This document shows positions 37,001 to 41,016 of a stretch of 41,016 nt of DNA, one piece after another. The stretch's first letter is position 1. Every line of letters begins with the position of its first letter. The notes under the pieces are model-generated. The model was not told where the DNA came from and did not search any database. It saw nothing but the letters and a program-made list of their open reading frames with translations. A program made the translations under genes and the position numbers. This stretch comes from a virus (taxonomy: Duplodnaviria > Caudoviricetes): IMG/VR virus record IMGVR_UViG_3300032320_000125, positions 1 through 41,016 of that record. The stretch is one strand, 5' to 3'.

Positions 37001-37061
37001 CAATGTCTCTACCGAAATCGTTTGTATTAGCCCATCTACCAATGTTTTCTAGGAACCCCAT
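31005..37061 (-). CDS. Giant (2018 aa) internal virion / polyvalent-type protein
   Basis: Size, helical scaffold, central inserted domains (HHGS ART-like motif); position after the portal. Confidence 0.7.
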   Translation of the reverse strand: MGFLENIGRWANTNDFGRDIGLATAMQDLASVTTNDKSWVGDAFQLLGDTFKVTAAGATYLPRKAVGGALNKVVLPVFEASYKAGGTALREPLSAGLTGLATGNFQEAYNQRKEISAGQALAYLQSRFDPMKSELRGDFNIFDPNDREIFDTNWQYRTISGAYDTVFTTVTDPLGKLGKGIGLARKALVTRPMGAVDANATSLAKDFFMPKSIRGVTIISPQTLATKINEGRTAEGGLNNTLQFLADNKGLTIRNHPVIEASNDADTMTYLLSEANTVDDVADTLLAVSAKDTEAMARLVAKRKDLAFVYDRLKTVSELDKKIVNNIPTNGIVQDENLLEAAQALVKLADEDPYIQYLTKLTEKGADLTKRTFAPSIAGKSAIRQAERKTARALGEQPSPTAYPTFGIFQPTKYHPVVAVINFAERWAGERPAGYFNANDSDSFNEMKAFGGMLRNLVGPTADTTITDHFDLFIKAGDVPEARARVATSFEDFAVAQLNQSLGISDETAAIIWNAYKGRRKVGMDAIRDRKFLMTDDNVILKVPYLERQGANALPMVDLENYARVMKENKGLIQAIEGSHGIVDPDRDRYVMGLLNDVWKASVLLRLGYTVRNTAEATMSILAKGYGLVAAADISKEGAAKWYENRIIGLERLTDKNLVKKGIREDSVALRTELTRTQAERAQINSLNKEIDDQMEAVELAFKRGKLTEEQALEFLSISSYRTGEILHHGSPTALTGLNPNRPLAMTYSDDIANRYAEAGIKTISASDIYKRQTGRAYTMPKNLRNAEGQLIREGGVRKPSLAMQTIAADMRDGFRNSIAKGNRVELLSIPGGTWRSVDPDTVSQKMLLEGKFRIVKPGNQGQVVTSKVYGLPVDLRTFAGSRVRLGLDDYPELKKLGIDARKPDSWKGKEKELLEWMRANGVGKLTLPDTKANGRSTVLVDPKMVETATQDPAADLARKRIETIRNTEALRKNESRIMNMLQSTVANKGGTFALQTGAVPQAGYSVAVRGATWQMQLDDVIADSPAARESLIQHIEDNLDKFEGADHFGTWVAPNDNGVLTVWAEPVNVIKDRAKAVKIGKTRNQQAVADLDRIAKQDFDNAFINTGGTGDEGASAGFALGQVRKASAGDVTSGAQGVRRGFSRPSYSQSTSELADLIANGKYPADGVINLVRELADRGSLAKAKHENLLQRLDARVVQETRLNAPKARVGTGMRTTRLYDGTVIEHPDAAQGELGDILMQRTDNADTYKLMADAPSQLFAARYGGMEELRLSSNDPRYFNGYANYLNNMWRSPNENKIDPIIEKFLDNQTPEQVVRWLRKTEEGKAYAAKMNIDDRAFKVPSERLNVGTDAEDFVGNLHSAYARYLPDAEIQEAFRNNQLDEMFLRTHFADQPSMPDIIGSVVPTSNKIEGVGGAAQAFVQKAFYFLGSLPETTLARHPLARAVYRAEMKQRGDIALSLKRSQLNDPKAELTLDEINAFRKDAVESTRKEVNKTLFTIMRKSYAGEKMRYMMPFFNAWENSVRRWTTLSKENPVVVARAGQITSSLSNQNNYVDADGNPSTKFSYDSKLVLPMPETFMKTMEAVPGGKGLAEAIRSAGSQVSIPIRSLDVMFQGELHAGFGPVVAIPAQYLELMRPDFESVLRPVIPFGADDSPIKTLLPPALQKAAQLWSGTRDGSWSRTFNTVYRYELIKYRLGERETEPTFKEINDLTNNMYRVKMLSNLVLPFAAQYDSPLGWYTQQYRKIQQAYGAQADALFLQMYPEMGEATISASLNNTGVDATQAAVANLKKYNGLISKIGTTTPEMIGFLVNDPDGKYDFSQAAYQWQMRNSPVPGSTDNFRGQRNPALLKQDAQKKMGWIDYRKAMDYLDQQLFAQGYTAYSERGAEELNLAKQAFTQQLAATNKDWAADFYSVDKGKWIYRMQSIETILRDPQWMQDNGNKPVVGALATYYVTRSQIARELASRKASGASGTLTAEDNSDLEGLWNQTIATLKQESLEFSSFYNRFLQNDPVTLG
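33554..33727 (-). CDS. Candidate nested +1-frame gene (57 aa)
   Basis: GGGGG 8 nt before ATG; MKEPAQGLHWVKSEKPVQEMSPAERRAFAEDLADQVIARAQAN... Confidence 0.45.
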   Translation of the reverse strand: MKEPAQGLHWVKSEKPVQEMSPAERRAFAEDLADQVIARAQANSQTSLPTANIPPMA

Positions 37062-37531
37062 TAAAGAACGCTCCGCAAGTAACGAACATAGTTGCGGAAG
37101 GCGTTAGATGCGGATGGAGATTCTGCAAGAATAGCGAGTGTTGGTAATGCTGTAAGCATGCGCTGACGGTCCTCATTATTAAGAGTTGAGTCGTTAGCGT
37201 ACATAACTTCGCTACCTGGACCATCACCCATATCAATACCAGTAGTTAATGGTTCATTTGGGCGGTCGGATGGGGCATCTAACTGTGTTAATTGCTGTGT
37301 TGATGGTGCTACCTGAGGGCGACCTTGTGATGGAGACATTGGCATTGTAGGAGATGCGTTCATTGCAGCAGATGTTTGTAATTCCATCATTGCTTGGTTA
37401 TCGCCGTATTCGCCACCTGTCATAGCCTTTGCTCCTTGGGTGCCTGCATTTCCGCTACCACCTGTTGCTGAAACAGCATAGTTATTCTGCGAAGCAGTTG
37501 GGCGATTACCGCCACGGTTTTCTACCGCCAT
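37061..37531 (-). CDS. Hypothetical virion protein
   Basis: AAGGAG RBS; RGG.RP, YG, RPNEPLT.G...G.GPG. Confidence 0.75.
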   Translation of the reverse strand: MAVENRGGNRPTASQNNYAVSATGGSGNAGTQGAKAMTGGEYGDNQAMMELQTSAAMNASPTMPMSPSQGRPQVAPSTQQLTQLDAPSDRPNEPLTTGIDMGDGPGSEVMYANDSTLNNEDRQRMLTALPTLAILAESPSASNAFRNYVRYLRSVL

Positions 37532-37570
37532 GTTATCTCCTTTCCATTTAAGGTCAGTGTTTAAAATTAG

Positions 37571-37598
37571 TGAGCAGTTTTTAAACTTACTCAGGTTT
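37571..37598 (-). ncRNA. H-type pseudoknot, copy 2
   Basis: AAAC-C-UGAGUA-A-GUUU-AAAAAC-UGCUCA. Confidence 0.65.
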
Positions 37599-37603
37599 AA
37601 GGC

Positions 37604-37801
37604 TTACTTTGAGCCGTGTGTACCTGATGGTTGTGCTGTGAACATTGTGACGGATGCGCCAGGCTTAGAAGCCTTTGGCATACCATCGTAGCGTGGCTGT
37701 TGTGTAACTGCCTTTGAGTTTCCAGCGCTGCCCTGATTAGCAGGCTTTGATGCCTTACCAGGTTGGTTGTTTGGATACTTTGCTGTGCTTGTATTCGCCA
37801 T
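37604..37801 (-). CDS. Small disordered protein (65 aa)
   Basis: GGAGG RBS before ATG 37801. Confidence 0.7.
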   Translation of the reverse strand: MANTSTAKYPNNQPGKASKPANQGSAGNSKAVTQQPRYDGMPKASKPGASVTMFTAQPSGTHGSK

Positions 37802-37817
37802 GGTTTCCCTCCTCCCG

Positions 37818-39632
37818 TTAGATAGGTAGTCGTCTTGCGACTGTTGCTTGTAGATTAGGTTCACCACGAGCACCAAGAGATGCAAGTAATGATTGAACAT
37901 CTGGTCTACCGCCTGGAGCGATTTGTCCTGGAGCGATGCCTTGCATACGCCCAGTTTCACTTAAGCCCATTGGAAGTTGCCCGTCACCTGCTGCTCCTTC
38001 GCCTGGCATGCCCATAGATTCGGGACTTACTGCGCCAGGGGCTGCAGCAGGTGCGGGATTCTCAGGTTTAAACGCATCTTGAATTGCTATTTCAATAGCA
38101 GTTCCCTTTTGGCGTTCAGTAATTACATACGAAAGTTTGCGTAGGATGTCGGATGGGTCTTGTCCTTGGCTTGCAAGGGCTGGGATTGCTTGTGCGTATG
38201 AAGCAATTGCTTGTTTCATAGCATCACGGAGTTCTTCTGTTTCTACCTTTTGTTCTTCATTGGTTGCATTGAAGGAGAAAGGCATCTGTCGGCGTAGGAA
38301 ATCACGGGAAATCAACTTGTCACCTCGTGCTTGTAGCCCAAAGACCAATGCACGGTTAGGGTCAAGTCCTGCCATCAAGCCATATTGAATATCTACGGTG
38401 TAATCACCAGCAATATCACGACTTGGCTTGTATTTAATGTCGTAAGGTGTTCCGTTATAGACACCTCGTAGTTGTTTTTCTTGGTCTTTAAAGATTTTTT
38501 CATCAACTTTAAGAGCAAGCGCTAACAATTCTGTAAAGGCACGGGCAAACATTGCATGTGCAGTCTTGATTTGTGTATCAAAACCACCCATAAGCGCCTT
38601 AACGCCCTGTCCTGTAATAATAGAAGCATCTGAATTACCAGTTCTTGCTTCTGGAAAGCGTGAACCTAGGCGGAGTTCGCTTTCAAGAACTTGTGACTGT
38701 GCGAACACATTATTAGGTAGTTCAAGTGGGACTCTGCGAATCTCATTAGGCTTGCTTGAACGCATAATTGCATCTGGTCCAAGGGCTAACTCCTGACTGT
38801 CAAGTGGCATAGCGATAGGCGCTTGCACTGATTTGGTTGCTGCTTCAAGTGAAAGCAATGCATAGCGTGCTTTAGCAACTTGAATAGCAAGGACATCATC
38901 AAACTGTCCACGGGATTGGTCATCAATTGATGGTCGCATTACAACACGAATCATGCACTCACCCATTACATTGGGCGCTCTATCCAATACAAGATTGTTC
39001 TTGTTAGGCATAAAGATTAAGTCTTGGTCTTTATCGTGGAAACGAACAATCTCAGACATAGTAGAAGTATTGTTCTTATCGTAAATAAGGTGGGCTACTT
39101 CTGGATACTTAGCCATTAGTTCTTCTGTTGGCTTGTTCATGCGCTGGAAGAACATAGTTACACGACCATAGCGGTCAATAACTGGGTATGAACCTAGGGA
39201 ATCAAAGAACTTAATGCGTGGCATATTGTCATCTATGTCAATCTCAACCTGCGCTGGAACAAATCCGTAGGTTACATATCGGTCTGCAGCATTAAACATC
39301 TGTGATTGTAGGTCAGAGAAGTTAACAATACCGTTAACGATTTCTCCACGCTTATCTGCCTTCTTGCGTGCTGTCTCTGATGCCATTGATGTAGATGTGC
39401 ATGAAAACGATGGCAATGGAGCAATAACTTCTGATAAATCACGGGCTGCGATGTCAACCATATTTGCAACAATAGGGTTTTCAAAAGGACCATCTGGGAA
39501 AAGGTCTGGGTAAACATCTCGCATCTTACCTTGACGAACCATAAGAACTTGATTCATGCGCTGGTCACGGTCATCATACATACGGCGATAGCGGTCATAG
39601 TAGTTCTTTACTTCTTCAACGGATAGTGCCAT
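37818..39632 (-). CDS. Portal protein
   Basis: About 600 aa, directly downstream of the terminase; GGAGGTG RBS; helical with disordered tail. Confidence 0.8.
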   Translation of the reverse strand: MALSVEEVKNYYDRYRRMYDDRDQRMNQVLMVRQGKMRDVYPDLFPDGPFENPIVANMVDIAARDLSEVIAPLPSFSCTSTSMASETARKKADKRGEIVNGIVNFSDLQSQMFNAADRYVTYGFVPAQVEIDIDDNMPRIKFFDSLGSYPVIDRYGRVTMFFQRMNKPTEELMAKYPEVAHLIYDKNNTSTMSEIVRFHDKDQDLIFMPNKNNLVLDRAPNVMGECMIRVVMRPSIDDQSRGQFDDVLAIQVAKARYALLSLEAATKSVQAPIAMPLDSQELALGPDAIMRSSKPNEIRRVPLELPNNVFAQSQVLESELRLGSRFPEARTGNSDASIITGQGVKALMGGFDTQIKTAHAMFARAFTELLALALKVDEKIFKDQEKQLRGVYNGTPYDIKYKPSRDIAGDYTVDIQYGLMAGLDPNRALVFGLQARGDKLISRDFLRRQMPFSFNATNEEQKVETEELRDAMKQAIASYAQAIPALASQGQDPSDILRKLSYVITERQKGTAIEIAIQDAFKPENPAPAAAPGAVSPESMGMPGEGAAGDGQLPMGLSETGRMQGIAPGQIAPGGRPDVQSLLASLGARGEPNLQATVARRLPI

Positions 39633-39644
39633 GTTCACCTCCTA

Positions 39645-41016
39645 TCATTGTGTATATGCGTAATCATTTAAGTTAACGGTCATTTGTTGGTTTCTATCAT
39701 GTCTTGTTTGGAACATGTTGAACGAGTTATGTGTACGGGCAAACATGCTTGCGTTGGCAACCCTGTCTCGTACGGCTAGTTCTGCAAACCAGAACGCCAT
39801 AACACAGTCGGTCTTTTGGCTGCGTGGAGCCTCTGGGTACCAAGTAACCAGTTGCTCTATCAAAGCCTTTAAGCCTTCGGATTGATGTGTAGATGGGAAC
39901 TCAATAAGGTTTAAACCTTCTTCATAACCATGAAACAATGTAGTAAGAGATGCCACACCAAAGTCTGTATCCCATTTATTGTTTCCAGTATGATGTTCTT
40001 TGAGTGTGGCACCCCTTGTTTGTAGGTATTCTCGTACCTCACGGTCCTGGGTGAGCATTGCTTGAAATGCATTTTTCTCTACACGCCACTCAGAAATTGA
40101 ATACTTGTCTGTCCAGTCTTTAATTAAAGTTCTAATGTCATCAGGTTTCATACCCTGTTGGTTTGACACATCAAGCACATACCTCTTTTGGGTAGAAACA
40201 TCAATGCCAATACACACAGCAGCGGTATACCCAGCCATGGCGGGGTCGAGTCCAGCGACCACAATAAGACCATCCATGCCGCTATGTCGGTTGCCAGCCT
40301 TATTCTTGGGGATGACACCAATGTTACGAGCACCGTTAATAACGCCCTTGACTGCTTCTTGTGGGAAAGCGCTATCTTCGTGAACTTGCTGTTGCTGATA
40401 AACCATAGCCCAGAGATTGGGCGACATGCGACTGCGTTTTTTAGTAAGCGCCTCACCTGTCCACTTGTCGTACAAACCATTAGCATCTGGTACACCATTA
40501 CCAGACACTGGGGGCATATTGGTTTTAGCCCAAAGGGTAACCCAATCCTTCGGTTCATCGGCAAACTCCAATACCGCAGGTTGAGCGAAATAAGTCCAAG
40601 GAGAAGTTTCGTCTGGATAACGCATGGGGTCACGGAGTTCGGAATATAAATCCTTAGGGCGTAATCTTGTGCCCACTACCAGTAACTTACCGCCATCGTA
40701 ATCAATACGAGACATAACTTCTGATTGAATCCAGTCAATCTGTTTTTCATACTCATGGGCATTGGTGTGGTCAACACAGTCATCCATGATGATTAGGTCA
40801 GCACGGGCACCGTAGATATGTCCACGAATACCAATAGCCTGAACCGTTGGGTCTTTTTCACCAGAGTCACGAGACTCGGATGATAGGTAAATAAGGTCCT
40901 GCTTCCACGAATCAGAGTTCTTTTCAAATCCGCCTGGAGGTCCAAAGGCGAGGTGTAAGTCCTGATAACGAGGATGGGTGAGTCTGTTCTTTATGGAGAG
41001 CAGGAACTTTTGCGCC
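39645..41016 (-). CDS. terL: Terminase large subunit, 3' part
   Basis: GARADLIIMDD Walker B, VVGTR, YQQ, GLDPA, VEKNAFQ, DCVMA nuclease motifs. Confidence 0.92.
   Translation of the reverse strand, partial: AQKFLLSIKNRLTHPRYQDLHLAFGPPGGFEKNSDSWKQDLIYLSSESRDSGEKDPTVQAIGIRGHIYGARADLIIMDDCVDHTNAHEYEKQIDWIQSEVMSRIDYDGGKLLVVGTRLRPKDLYSELRDPMRYPDETSPWTYFAQPAVLEFADEPKDWVTLWAKTNMPPVSGNGVPDANGLYDKWTGEALTKKRSRMSPNLWAMVYQQQQVHEDSAFPQEAVKGVINGARNIGVIPKNKAGNRHSGMDGLIVVAGLDPAMAGYTAAVCIGIDVSTQKRYVLDVSNQQGMKPDDIRTLIKDWTDKYSISEWRVEKNAFQAMLTQDREVREYLQTRGATLKEHHTGNNKWDTDFGVASLTTLFHGYEEGLNLIEFPSTHQSEGLKALIEQLVTWYPEAPRSQKTDCVMAFWFAELAVRDRVANASMFARTHNSFNMFQTRHDRNQQMTVNLNDYAYTQ

Larger units (their letters stand above)
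981..39916. repeat. Dispersed palindromic octamer GTTTAAAC (48 copies counted by eye)
   Basis: Starts: 981,1121,1394,1451,1944,2126,2204,2384,2654,2836,3054,3341,3480,4027,4071,4116,4191,4752,5020,5327,5657,5830,6287,6675,6769,6821,7092,7355,7927,8307,8635,9032,9879,12550,12900,16302,16481,16666,18370,23172,23303,24580,29589,33447,34952,36345,38066,39909. Confidence 0.95.

Noticed and set aside
40894-41016. 123-bp terminal repeat as a biological DTR
   Set aside because: It falls in the middle of the terminase gene; best explained as assembler overlap of a circular contig.

Overview
The window is an apparently complete, circularly assembled dsDNA tailed-phage genome of 40,893 bp; nt 1-123 are repeated at 40894-41016. 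WhiB, an actinobacterial-type SLT, a CHAP endolysin and a split primase suggest an actinophage, and the fairly low GC suggests a freshwater acI-like host (inference). Layout: (i) a non-coding control/packaging region at 618-1516; (ii) a + strand early block at 1517-6106 (SprT-like, amidoligase, class II GATase, DUF3846-like, SLT, WhiB); (iii) a - strand DNA metabolism block at 6210-12467; (iv) a small + strand Zn-ribbon/HNH block; (v) a long - strand late operon (terminase, portal, giant internal virion protein, scaffold, capsid, HslV-like protease, tail/fibres, lysis). It looks podovirus-like; I saw no integrase, DNA polymerase or methyltransferase. The main unexplained signal is the palindrome GTTTAAAC: 48 copies by eye versus about 1 expected, 33 of them in 981-9886, written into genes by synonymous codon choice, while several 4-bp palindromes appear absent. 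Other candidates: an sRNA whose terminator loop is antisense to an ACTGG motif in seven early-gene leaders, a tRNA-like mini-element, two covarying H-type pseudoknots, and an out-of-frame gene nested in the giant virion protein. All functional calls come from motif recognition only; no searches were run.
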